64,000 nucleotides of DNA, taken from positions 144,487 to 208,486 of IMG/VR virus record IMGVR_UViG_3300022744_000022. One strand, written 5' to 3'. Shown one piece after another: positions 47,824 to 56,645 of the stretch (position 1 is its first letter; each line of letters starts with the position of its first letter). The translations under genes and the position numbers were made by a program. The notes below the pieces were generated by a model, which was not told where the DNA came from, ran no database searches, and was given only the letters and a program-made list of their open reading frames with translations.

Positions 47824-48115
47824 GCCCTACTGTTACACCGGGCTCATCTTCTTTCAAGTGATCCCAGAGCGTCCTGAGGCTACGAGCAGGGGGCTCCAGC
47901 AATTTGGACGGTTCGACCGGGGATTCTAACTTGTACTCAGGGGGCGAGATCAGTGCCCCCTGTACAGGCGGGGTGGTGGTCGCGACCAAGTACGTGATGG
48001 TACCCCGGGAGTCCATCAAGCAGAGGCGGCCCAGCTCATCTAGGAACATGGAAGCGTACCCCCTAGGCGGGGTCTGAACGCTACTCGTTGAGGCACGTCG
48101 GAAGCGTAGCGCCAT
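47777..48115 (-). CDS. Small protein with RTLWDHLKEDE tag; paralog of 38244-38432
   Basis: MFLDELGRLCLMDSRGTITYL; GGTGTA 10 nt before ATG. Confidence 0.65.
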   Translation of the reverse strand: MALRFRRASTSSVQTPPRGYASMFLDELGRLCLMDSRGTITYLVATTTPPVQGALISPPEYKLESPVEPSKLLEPPARSLRTLWDHLKEDEPGVTVGRGNSTAKDSGHGSAD

Positions 48116-48134
48116 ACCCGAGGCCTACACCGCA

Positions 48135-48437
48135 CTAGCGGTGTCGAGCAACGGTTTGACTCAACTCATGAACCGCCCGAGCTTGTTCATTTGTCCGGGC
48201 CACGAGTTGAGTCAGCACTGCGTTTTGGGCCTCAGCCGCCCGAGCCTGGCGCTCTTGAGCCAGGGCTTGACGCTGGCTCCAGTAGACGAGCTTCCACTGA
48301 GCGTCTGAGGAGCTTTTCGCGGAGCCCGCGATCTTGTAAAGGGCCTCCGCCACGTTGGAGAAATTGTAGTAGCCCGCCTGTACCGGGACCGCGATCGTGA
48401 GCACAACCCCGAGGGCAAAACCGAATAGTACGCGCAT
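48135..48437 (-). CDS. Secreted coiled-coil protein
   Basis: Signal peptide ending VQA; GGTGTA 10 nt before ATG. Confidence 0.6.
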   Translation of the reverse strand: MRVLFGFALGVVLTIAVPVQAGYYNFSNVAEALYKIAGSAKSSSDAQWKLVYWSQRQALAQERQARAAEAQNAVLTQLVARTNEQARAVHELSQTVARHR

Positions 48438-48470
48438 GGGGTACTATTACACCGAATCAGGACACGGCGT

Positions 48471-48875
48471 CTAGTTCACCCCCGAAGGGGTCTTACCCGC
48501 CTTCGGCACCGTGGGGTCCAACCGACACCCGTGTCCCGTGTGATCGGCAGCTTCCTGCTCATGGGCTTCTCGATGGGAAGCCATGGCGAGCAAGCGTAGC
48601 GCGATGGCCTGTAGGCGGCCCCCCATCTCGAACAAGACCGCCGCTGGTACCTCGGGATGCACCAACCAGTCCTCCATGAGCGTGTCGTCACCCAAGGTCA
48701 CGAGCACCGAACACACGGGGTCATCGGAAACGACGGCTTCCAGAGCAGCGGTCAACGCCCCGGCGATCCCCGTGGCGGCTTCACGCAAGGGTTCTGTCTT
48801 GATCGCTTTCACGATCCCCTTGAGCTGTTGTGCCAACTCTTGTTCAAATGTCTCGTCTTCGGCGGCCATCGTCAC
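48471..48875 (-). CDS. Hypothetical protein
   Basis: Coupled ORF. Confidence 0.55.
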   Translation of the reverse strand: MTMAAEDETFEQELAQQLKGIVKAIKTEPLREAATGIAGALTAALEAVVSDDPVCSVLVTLGDDTLMEDWLVHPEVPAAVLFEMGGRLQAIALRLLAMASHREAHEQEAADHTGHGCRLDPTVPKAGKTPSGVN

Positions 48876-49159
48876 CCCACCAATTGGATCGAAAGCAAGG
48901 CATTCTCTGCAATGTCCTGCCAGAACTCCACCGCGATCTGCTCATGAGCGAAATGCCGCTCCTCGAACGTGACCTCACGGACTTGGTTGTTCGGTCCGTG
49001 GCCCCAGATCGTCACGGTCACCACCACAACGAACAGATCGAAAGACAGTTGTCCAGGTCTCGCGACTTTCTTCTGCGTGACCCGAACGTCACACCCAAGC
49101 CCAGGAGCCGCTTTCTTGATAGCGGTAGTGAGACGCATTGCACGAACCGACCAGTCCAT
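48872..49159 (-). CDS. Hypothetical protein
   Basis: Coupled ORF. Confidence 0.5.
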   Translation of the reverse strand: MDWSVRAMRLTTAIKKAAPGLGCDVRVTQKKVARPGQLSFDLFVVVVTVTIWGHGPNNQVREVTFEERHFAHEQIAVEFWQDIAENALLSIQLVG

Positions 49160-49162
49160 AGA

Positions 49163-49351
49163 TTAGCGAGCATCCAGCCTTTCAGTGAACTTGTCGATAC
49201 GTGCCCGCACCGCACGATCCTCACCATCGGGCAAAAACCCGTGGATGTGCAAGAAGGCCCGAGCTTCCCGCGCCCTCTTGGCAACGCTGACTTCTCGGAC
49301 CCGCTTTTCTTTGGCAAGGATCTGCTTGGGAGAAGCCGCCATCAGGCGCAA
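49163..49351 (-). CDS. Small basic protein
   Basis: ORF following HU. Confidence 0.5.
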   Translation of the reverse strand: MRLMAASPKQILAKEKRVREVSVAKRAREARAFLHIHGFLPDGEDRAVRARIDKFTERLDAR

Positions 49352-49635
49352 GCGTCCTTGATGGCCTTGGCAGGCGATGCCTTGACCTTCGTGGACTCCG
49401 GCTTGGCGGCGATCGTCACCGCTTGCTTGGTGAAGGGGTTGATGCCCTGGCGCTCTGCCTGAGCAGCCTTCTTGACCGCCTTGAGCTTAACGATGCCCGG
49501 GATGGCAGCTTCGCCTGCGGTCTTGAGGCCCTCGGTCACGACCTCCGCCATCGAATCGAGCACCCCCGTAAGGTCGTGCTTGGTGAGGGTGGGGTTCTTG
49601 GCTTGCAGTGCTGCGAGAAATTCAGTCTTAGTCAT
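49342..49635 (-). CDS. hup: HU/IHF-family DNA-binding protein
   Basis: MTKTEF, IPGIVKL, ERQGINPFT....IAAKP....VKA. Confidence 0.9.
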   Translation of the reverse strand: MTKTEFLAALQAKNPTLTKHDLTGVLDSMAEVVTEGLKTAGEAAIPGIVKLKAVKKAAQAERQGINPFTKQAVTIAAKPESTKVKASPAKAIKDACA

Positions 49636-49690
49636 TGGTTCCCTTTTCGTGACCGTCCTGGCGACGGCGTAGTCCTGGTTACACCAAAAA

Positions 49691-50161
49691 TCAGCGCTTT
49701 GGTCCGCCGCCAAACAAGCGAGCAAAAAACTCTGCGCCCTCTGCTCGCTTGGCATCTCCCCGCCCGGCTAGCATCTTGACCCGCTCTTTACGCGCCATCT
49801 TTTGAGCCATACAAGCGAGGCAGGTCCCCCCGTGAAGCAGCTTGGTTCCGCAGGCCTTACACACAGGGGCCCACCATGAAGCGTAACGGAACCACAGGCC
49901 GCCGACCCGATACTGGATAGCCCACCACCATTCGGAATTACGAACCCGGTACCAGGTGAACATCAGCACCCGGAACCGCCAGTGCATGAACCGAGGGTAC
50001 CGCCGGTACAGCTCTACCCCGAACTCACGTTGACGTTCCCGCATCCGCCAATGCTGGTACCATAGGAATTGCAGGAATGCCCTGGTCCGGCTGAACTGCC
50101 AGCGGGCAACCAACACGGACCCGGCGAAGATCCCGAACACTACCCAAGCAATAGTCCTCAT
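49691..50161 (-). CDS. Trp/Arg-rich membrane-anchored hypothetical protein
   Basis: N-terminal TM, C-terminal CxxC pairs. Confidence 0.45.
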   Translation of the reverse strand: MRTIAWVVFGIFAGSVLVARWQFSRTRAFLQFLWYQHWRMRERQREFGVELYRRYPRFMHWRFRVLMFTWYRVRNSEWWWAIQYRVGGLWFRYASWWAPVCKACGTKLLHGGTCLACMAQKMARKERVKMLAGRGDAKRAEGAEFFARLFGGGPKR

Positions 50162-50352
50162 ACCCGGGCGTTCCAGATTTCGGCCGCCAACGATCCGTCC
50201 TGATCCCCCATCACGATCTTGGTCCGTGATTCACACCCGCTACACTCAACCCTCGCATACGGACGCAGGCGATCCAGAGACACAACGATCTTGCCGGGTG
50301 CCCCACAAAACGGACAAGGCTTAAGATGCTGACTCACCTTCCAGACAACCAC
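50158..50352 (-). CDS. Lar-like restriction-alleviation Zn-ribbon protein
   Basis: LKPCPFCG...VECSGC...AAEIWNAR. Confidence 0.75.
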   Translation of the reverse strand: MVVWKVSQHLKPCPFCGAPGKIVVSLDRLRPYARVECSGCESRTKIVMGDQDGSLAAEIWNARV

Positions 50353-50993
50353 TCGTGGAAGCGATCCTCAACTCGCTTCTTGGCCACTGCCATCGTGTGC
50401 TGCCCCGGGATGTGCTCCTGTCTTGAGCCCACCTGAGACCCAAAGGTAGCGTCATAGAGGCCGCCCCCACCATCATCCGCCACCCGCACGATCGAAACGG
50501 TGCCGATCACGACCGGGCCCACCCAACACTCTTCCGACATCGGGCTGCGGGACACCCAAGAGAACAGGGAGCCGCTCTTGTAGGGAGGGTTCGTAGGCGG
50601 GTTGGTTAGCACCTTGGCGAGCACTGGGGACTTGGCCGAGAGTTTGGCGACGATCAATTCCTCGATCGCGTGTACGACCTGATCCGCTGCATCGTCAGTA
50701 GTGTCTTCGGACCCGAAAACCAAATCCCGTAACCGCATGGCCAAGAGATCGTGGGCGTGAGACTCGGGTGGCCCCGACATCGCCTGCATCGACCTCAAGA
50801 CCCCCTGGACCCGGGTCAGCCGGGCGCTCTGCCGCAGCTTCCGGAACTTCCTCAGCGCTTCTTCGGCAGCGGTACCGTAGTCAGGCCCCCGGTACTTCTC
50901 GCACGAAAGGGAATCCGTGACCACGTGGGCCGAACTAGACCCCACTTCCCGAGCTTGACGCCGGATCAACTCATCGACGGTCCAGTTCACCAT
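50334..50993 (-). CDS. Hypothetical protein
   Basis: GGTGTA 9 nt before ATG. Confidence 0.6.
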   Translation of the reverse strand: MVNWTVDELIRRQAREVGSSSAHVVTDSLSCEKYRGPDYGTAAEEALRKFRKLRQSARLTRVQGVLRSMQAMSGPPESHAHDLLAMRLRDLVFGSEDTTDDAADQVVHAIEELIVAKLSAKSPVLAKVLTNPPTNPPYKSGSLFSWVSRSPMSEECWVGPVVIGTVSIVRVADDGGGGLYDATFGSQVGSRQEHIPGQHTMAVAKKRVEDRFHEWLSGR

Positions 50994-51024
50994 GGCTTCT
51001 ACTACACCGAAAACCGGGATCGAT

Positions 51025-51525
51025 TCAAGAGTCGTTCAATTTGTCCCACAGGGAAGTGGGCGGCGGTTCTTCCCGGGGCTCATCGAACATCGCCTCATCG
51101 CTCAACTGGACCAGCACCGGGGCGTTCCGCAGGGGGCACCAATCGGGAGTTCCGCTCTGAGGTACCGGCCGTTCCGCCAACCTGGTGCATCTCTGGATAG
51201 AGCAGAACGGGCAGCTCTGGCACCCGTCCACCGACTGGGATCCGACTTGCAGGGTCCTCAGGGACGGTTCTTCGGTGTCCCAGCACGCCATGCAGGCCGA
51301 ACGCATCCGCCCATCCGCAGAGATACTCGCGGAGAACCGTTCTCCACAGGACACGCAAGCGTGTGTCCACACGGGGGTGTCGTCTTCCTCAGGTGCCGCC
51401 ATGGGTTGAACGTAGTCTTCAAGGTGAAGCGGTTCCATCGCGTACACACGGCAGTCCGAGCACTCGCCCCTTCTCAGACGCAGCTCATCTTCGACTTCAA
51501 CACCGCAGCCGGTACAAGTGGGCAC
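51025..51525 (-). CDS. Cys-rich protein with C-terminal TSLWDKLNDS tag
   Basis: Multiple CxxC, PDWCPL; GGTGTA 9 nt before GTG. Confidence 0.65.
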   Translation of the reverse strand: MPTCTGCGVEVEDELRLRRGECSDCRVYAMEPLHLEDYVQPMAAPEEDDTPVWTHACVSCGERFSASISADGRMRSACMACWDTEEPSLRTLQVGSQSVDGCQSCPFCSIQRCTRLAERPVPQSGTPDWCPLRNAPVLVQLSDEAMFDEPREEPPPTSLWDKLNDS

Positions 51526-51628
51526 CCGGAAGCCTACACCACCCGAAGGTAGCTAATCTTGATACCCCTGTGAATCCACCTATGCCCGCAGCTCTACAGA
51601 AGGCCCTTTCGCCTCCCGTGGAGCGTTC

Positions 51629-54600
51629 ATGGCAACCAGATACACCCAAGTTGGACCCACCCCCTCTCCGGCGGCAGGCGGTGCCTCAGAGCTGGCGACC
51701 ACCACGAACCCGGTCGTAATCTCAGGTGCCTCTGCCCCCTCGGTGGGGCAAGTGCTCACTGCCACGAGCGCTACGGCGGCTAACTGGCAGAGCCCTGGGG
51801 GTGGAAGCCTGACGGGTCAGACCCAAGGGGCCACGCAGTACAACGTTGCGCTGGGTGTCGCGGCCCTCACGGCGTTGACATCCGGCAACTTCAACACCGC
51901 GATCGGCAGCAGTGCGCTCGATGTCCTCACCTCAGGGTCGGACAACGTGGCGGTGGGTTACAACGCTCTTGGGGCTAACGTTACGGGTGGCGAGAACGTT
52001 GCGATCGGTAACTCGGCGCTATTGGGTTTCAACCAAACGCCCGGAGTCGGACAGAACGTAGCGGTGGGGCATCAGGCGCTCTCCGCTAGCATGAGTGGCT
52101 CTAGCAACACGGCGATCGGTTACCGGGCTCTCCAAGTCAGCACTGCGTCTAACTTGACCGCCGTAGGTGCTGGTGCTCTCGACGCCAATACTTCGGGCAC
52201 TGGAAACACTGCTGTTGGATCCGACGCCCTTGGTGCCAACTCCACAACGAGCAGGAATACTGCGGTCGGAGCGAGTGCCCTCGCAGCCACCAACGGCGAC
52301 GACAATACCGCAGTTGGGTACAACGCGCTCACTGCGAACAACTCAGGTTCCAACAAGAACACAGCAGTGGGCTCTACCGCCCTCGATGCCAACACCTCAG
52401 GGACGAATAACACTGCTGTTGGATACAACGCGCTAGGGGCCAACACCTCAAACGGAAATAATACCGCCGTCGGTTCTGACGCTCTCGCAGTGTCTGGGGG
52501 TACGGCAAACACCGCGATCGGTAGACAGGCACTCCTGTCCCTCACGATCGGTGGCCACAATACAGCTCTAGGCGCAGGAGCCGGTGCTGGGCTTACGACG
52601 ACCGACCACAACGTGGCAATTGGTTCCAACACCAGCAACGCGGTTGGAGGCGGAGATACCGTAGCGGTCGGTTATCAAGCGTTGATTTTGAATACAGCTT
52701 CAGGAAGCGTAGCCATTGGCTCACAAGCCCTCGACGCTAACACCTCAGGACTTCGTAATACTGCGGTCGGCACCGAAGCCCTCGGTGCCAACACCACTTC
52801 CGCAAACAGTACAGCGGTCGGCTACAACGCTCTCCTGCTCAGCACGGGGAGTCAGAACACTGCTGTCGGCTCTCAAGCTTTAGATGCTAACACTTCGGGA
52901 CTCAGTAATACCGCCGTAGGTTTTGACGCTCTAGGACTCAACTCGTCAGGCGGTGCCAACACCGCCGTCGGGAACGAAGCCCTACGATCGGTCACCACTG
53001 CAAATGATGGGACAGCGGTTGGTTGGCGGGCTCTTTACCTAACTACAGGCTCAGACAATACAGCCGTAGGATACAACGCCGGATCTCAACTCTCTACGGG
53101 CACCAACAACACGGCGCTAGGGTCCGGTACTTTTGCTACCTCCGTAGCCAGCTCGGGATCGTTCAATACGGCGATTGGTTCGTTAGCGATGGCGGCCCAC
53201 ACCACGGGTAGCAGCAACACGAGCGTTGGTGTTCAGGCCCTCAATACCACAACCGGATCCCAAAACGTAGCCGTCGGGCGTTCCGCTTTGGCCGTACCTC
53301 TTACGGCTAACGATAACGTGGCGGTGGGCTACCAGGCTCTCACTGTCAATACTGCCGCAGGTAGCGTAGCTGTGGGTGCTCGCGCTCTCGATGCCAACAC
53401 CACAGGTACAGGGAACACCGCCGTTGGAACCGATGCTCTTGGAGCAAACACAACGGCTGCGGATTCCACGGCGGTTGGTTACAACGCTCTCTTGGTCAGC
53501 ACGGGGGCAGGTAATACTGCGGTCGGTTCCGCTGCCCTCGATGCCAACACCACCGGCACAGACAACGTAGCGCTGGGCCGCAATGCAGGCGGAGCAGTCA
53601 CCACAGGTGCCAACAACACGCTCATCGGCACGGGCACGGGTAGCACCCTCACCACAGGCTCCGACAACCTCGTTATCGGTCGTAACCAAGACGTTCCGAC
53701 CGCCGGGACCTCGAACTACCTCAACATCGGTGGAGCCATCACCGGCGAGACTTCAACCGGCAATGGTCAGATCCAGTTCCGCCTCACCACCACCGCTGGA
53801 ATCACCGCCTCGACCACGCAGACACAAGGCAACGGGGCGCTCACTTCTAGAGTGAACCAAGTCTCAGTGGTCGCCAACGCTAATGACGTGGTGACCCTCC
53901 CGGCTGCGGCTGCGGGCCTAGAAGTGTTGGTCACGAACAATGGAGCGAATACGCTTCAAGTGTTCCCGGCTTCTGGCGATAACCTTGGAGCAGGCGTCAA
54001 CACTTCAACTACGCTTGCGGCTGGCGATACAGTTCGTTTTACAGCGTACGACGCTACCACCTGGACCCCTCAGACTGAGGGTGGTGGGGGTAACTTTGTA
54101 CCTACTGACACAGGCAGCGCAGGTACCGCAGGTGAGAATGCGGCCCAGCTCGCTTGGACAAGCCAAGATGGTGGAAGTAACACCGGGGGTGCAGCGGGCA
54201 ATGGCGGTACTCTACTCCGTCAAGGGGGCAACGGCGGCCTTGGTGATACGGGCGGTGGTGCTGGTGGTGACGCGGTTACCTATGGCGGCAATGGTGGCAA
54301 TTCCAGCACGTCAGGTAACGGTGGTAACGGCGGCGATGCAGACCTCATTGCAGGTACAGGTGGTGTTGCCCTAGGTGGCGCTGGTAATGGCGGTGACGGT
54401 GGTCGCGCGTACATCAGCCCTGGTAATGGTGGTAACAGCACATCGGGTAATGGCGGCAACGGTGGCTTCACCCAAATCTACTCCGGTAGTGGCGGTTCCG
54501 GACCTACCGGGGACGGTGACGCGGGCTACATCCAGATCATCGGTGGCAACGGTGGCACCTACCAAGGTGGCGGTGGTGGCGGTGCTCGCATCTCCATCAA

Positions 54601-55384
54601 GGCAGGTGACAACTCCGACCCTGCACTCAACCCTTTCGCCAATCAACTCACCTCGGGCAACCTGTTCCTGATCTCAGGTAACGGTGCCCCCAATGCCGCA
54701 GGCGCTGGCGGTGCTGCGGGTTTCTACGCCGTACAGGGCGGCACTGGCGGTAACGGAACCTCCGGCAACAACGGTGGCGCTGGCGGCCTGGGCATCGTGG
54801 GCGGAGGCCAAGGCGGCACCTCGGACTCTGCCACTGGAGGCGCTGGCGGCATGTCAGCAATCAGTGGCGGTCTTGGTGGAACCAGTGGAGGCACCGGAGG
54901 TACGGGCGGCGATGTTGCCTTGGAAGGCGGCAATGGTGGATCTGGTGCAAACGCTGGTCGCGTCCTCATCGGCACCAACCAACCTCTCCTTGCTGCGTTC
55001 GGTTCTAGAACGCGAACCATCGAGATGGGCAACACGACGCACTACCCGCCGATCACACAGGTGGGCTCTGTGCGTCAGCCCAAGGCAACCTTAACGCCTG
55101 GCGCAAACATCGACGTAAATCTCGCGCAAGTTACCAACGCAGAAGTTACGCTCGATCAAAACAGCACGCTCGACTTCAGCAATCTGGCAAACGGCGTTCG
55201 CGGGTCCATCGTCGTGAAGCAAGACGGCACGGGTGGCTGGACCCTCTCGAATGGCACAAACATGAAGACGCCAGGCGGGACCGCTCCAGCGATCAGCACG
55301 GCTGCTAGTAGTGTCAGTGTGCTCGACTACTACTGCGATGGCACAGACGTGTTCGTGACGCTTCGTGGGGCAAACTTCTCGTAG
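51629..55384 (+). CDS. Tail fibre / adhesin-like protein with YadA-head-like ~14-aa repeats and Gly-rich region
   Basis: GQVLTAT....WQ; dozens of NTAVG.xAL..NT.G repeats; GGxGGxGG stretches. Confidence 0.75.
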   Translation: MATRYTQVGPTPSPAAGGASELATTTNPVVISGASAPSVGQVLTATSATAANWQSPGGGSLTGQTQGATQYNVALGVAALTALTSGNFNTAIGSSALDVLTSGSDNVAVGYNALGANVTGGENVAIGNSALLGFNQTPGVGQNVAVGHQALSASMSGSSNTAIGYRALQVSTASNLTAVGAGALDANTSGTGNTAVGSDALGANSTTSRNTAVGASALAATNGDDNTAVGYNALTANNSGSNKNTAVGSTALDANTSGTNNTAVGYNALGANTSNGNNTAVGSDALAVSGGTANTAIGRQALLSLTIGGHNTALGAGAGAGLTTTDHNVAIGSNTSNAVGGGDTVAVGYQALILNTASGSVAIGSQALDANTSGLRNTAVGTEALGANTTSANSTAVGYNALLLSTGSQNTAVGSQALDANTSGLSNTAVGFDALGLNSSGGANTAVGNEALRSVTTANDGTAVGWRALYLTTGSDNTAVGYNAGSQLSTGTNNTALGSGTFATSVASSGSFNTAIGSLAMAAHTTGSSNTSVGVQALNTTTGSQNVAVGRSALAVPLTANDNVAVGYQALTVNTAAGSVAVGARALDANTTGTGNTAVGTDALGANTTAADSTAVGYNALLVSTGAGNTAVGSAALDANTTGTDNVALGRNAGGAVTTGANNTLIGTGTGSTLTTGSDNLVIGRNQDVPTAGTSNYLNIGGAITGETSTGNGQIQFRLTTTAGITASTTQTQGNGALTSRVNQVSVVANANDVVTLPAAAAGLEVLVTNNGANTLQVFPASGDNLGAGVNTSTTLAAGDTVRFTAYDATTWTPQTEGGGGNFVPTDTGSAGTAGENAAQLAWTSQDGGSNTGGAAGNGGTLLRQGGNGGLGDTGGGAGGDAVTYGGNGGNSSTSGNGGNGGDADLIAGTGGVALGGAGNGGDGGRAYISPGNGGNSTSGNGGNGGFTQIYSGSGGSGPTGDGDAGYIQIIGGNGGTYQGGGGGGARISIKAGDNSDPALNPFANQLTSGNLFLISGNGAPNAAGAGGAAGFYAVQGGTGGNGTSGNNGGAGGLGIVGGGQGGTSDSATGGAGGMSAISGGLGGTSGGTGGTGGDVALEGGNGGSGANAGRVLIGTNQPLLAAFGSRTRTIEMGNTTHYPPITQVGSVRQPKATLTPGANIDVNLAQVTNAEVTLDQNSTLDFSNLANGVRGSIVVKQDGTGGWTLSNGTNMKTPGGTAPAISTAASSVSVLDYYCDGTDVFVTLRGANFS

Positions 55385-55386
55385 CC

Positions 55387-55629
55387 CTACCCTCTAGGTC
55401 GGGCCAAGAAACCGTGATAGCCACGTCCCTTGGCCTTTTTGATCGAACACACCCTGCACTTCTCGGGCGTCTGGTGGACCCAACGTGACAACGGGATCTC
55501 CACGGTTCGCCCGCACCCACAAAGAAGCCTTACCATCCGTTGCCGGTAAGGCCTCTCGTCACGCATGACCATGACCGAGAACTCTTCCACGAGAGTCAAG
55601 GTCCCTGAGCTTTGCCGTATCTCAGTCAC
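55387..55629 (-). CDS. Small Zn-ribbon protein
   Basis: CGCG...CRVC. Confidence 0.5.
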   Translation of the reverse strand: MTEIRQSSGTLTLVEEFSVMVMRDERPYRQRMVRLLCGCGRTVEIPLSRWVHQTPEKCRVCSIKKAKGRGYHGFLARPRG

Positions 55630-56081
55630 TAGACCAACCCGTACCCTTTGGCCCAGTTACGGACCGCAACATCCGAGACGCCGAACTGAGCCCCGAGCTG
55701 AACCCACGTTACCCGCCCAACCAGCGGGGCCAGTTCCTCACGTGGGGGCTTGACGCCCTTCTTGGTCAACCTAGGGAGCTTCAAGGCCGCAAGTTTCGCT
55801 TTTCGTGCCTGGTTGTACTCTCTGGCACACACGCGACAGGTCCTCGCCAGGTACCTCCCGTACGGCGTATGGTGCTTGTATCGCCGCTCGTTCTGCTTCG
55901 TGAGCGGGTGTCCCTTGCTGCACACCCGCTTCTGCGGGGCCACCAGTTTGTAGTCAGTCACGGTGTCGCACCTGACACAGAAGCGGCTCAGAGTGGTAGC
56001 CCCCACACATCTCACAGAAGTCAGGTTGCTTCCGAGCCCACTCCAACCACTCGGGAGTGTAGGGCGGATCCGGCTCAACAT
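55629..56081 (-). CDS. Zn-finger + HTH protein
   Basis: CSKGH...RTCRVC; WVQLGAQFGVSDVAVRNW. Confidence 0.6.
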   Translation of the reverse strand: MLSRIRPTLPSGWSGLGSNLTSVRCVGATTLSRFCVRCDTVTDYKLVAPQKRVCSKGHPLTKQNERRYKHHTPYGRYLARTCRVCAREYNQARKAKLAALKLPRLTKKGVKPPREELAPLVGRVTWVQLGAQFGVSDVAVRNWAKGYGLV

Positions 56082-56117
56082 CCTCGGTGGGATCAGGATT
56101 CGAGGGTAACTCAGGCA

Positions 56118-56510
56118 TCAATCATCCCCGCCCAACAAGCCCCAAAGTAAATCAGGGGTCTTGGGGTAGTGCAAGAACGGTTCCGGTAGCAAATCACCGT
56201 GACGGTTCTTAAGGTACCCCATCATGACACCTTGACCCATCACGAAGCCCGTGGTGATCAAGTCGGCCATCTTCGCCGCATCATCGGGAACGTCCCGAAC
56301 ATGAAAATGTCCAGCGTTGCGTTGAGCACTCCTGAGCACCGAACCACTGGCCCGGATCTCCAGCAGCACCACGATCTTTTCCTCAAGGGCCCGATGCTTG
56401 GCCGCCCACGCATCCCCTTTCATGACCACGAGGTTTGCAGGGAACAGCTCTAGGGGCCGTTGCCCCAGGTGGACCCAAAGATCCCCTGGTTTTAGCTCGA
56501 AATGGAACAC
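56118..56510 (-). CDS. Hypothetical protein with C-terminal LLWGLLGGDD tag
   Basis: GGTGTA 9 nt before GTG 56510. Confidence 0.6.
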   Translation of the reverse strand: MFHFELKPGDLWVHLGQRPLELFPANLVVMKGDAWAAKHRALEEKIVVLLEIRASGSVLRSAQRNAGHFHVRDVPDDAAKMADLITTGFVMGQGVMMGYLKNRHGDLLPEPFLHYPKTPDLLWGLLGGDD

Positions 56511-56645
56511 GCCACAGTCTACACCGAAACAGCATCGGTGTGCAGCAGCCCCGTGAGACGCTGCACTTCTTGCCGTAAAGCATCTCGGTCTGCACGGCAC
56601 AGGTCAGCGCAGCCTTTGGCGCAAACCTTTCCGGTCGTCGGGCAA

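Noticed and set aside
51840-53700. CRISPR-like or DNA tandem array
   Set aside because: The repeats are in-frame protein repeats with variable codons; there are no identical direct repeats with spacers.
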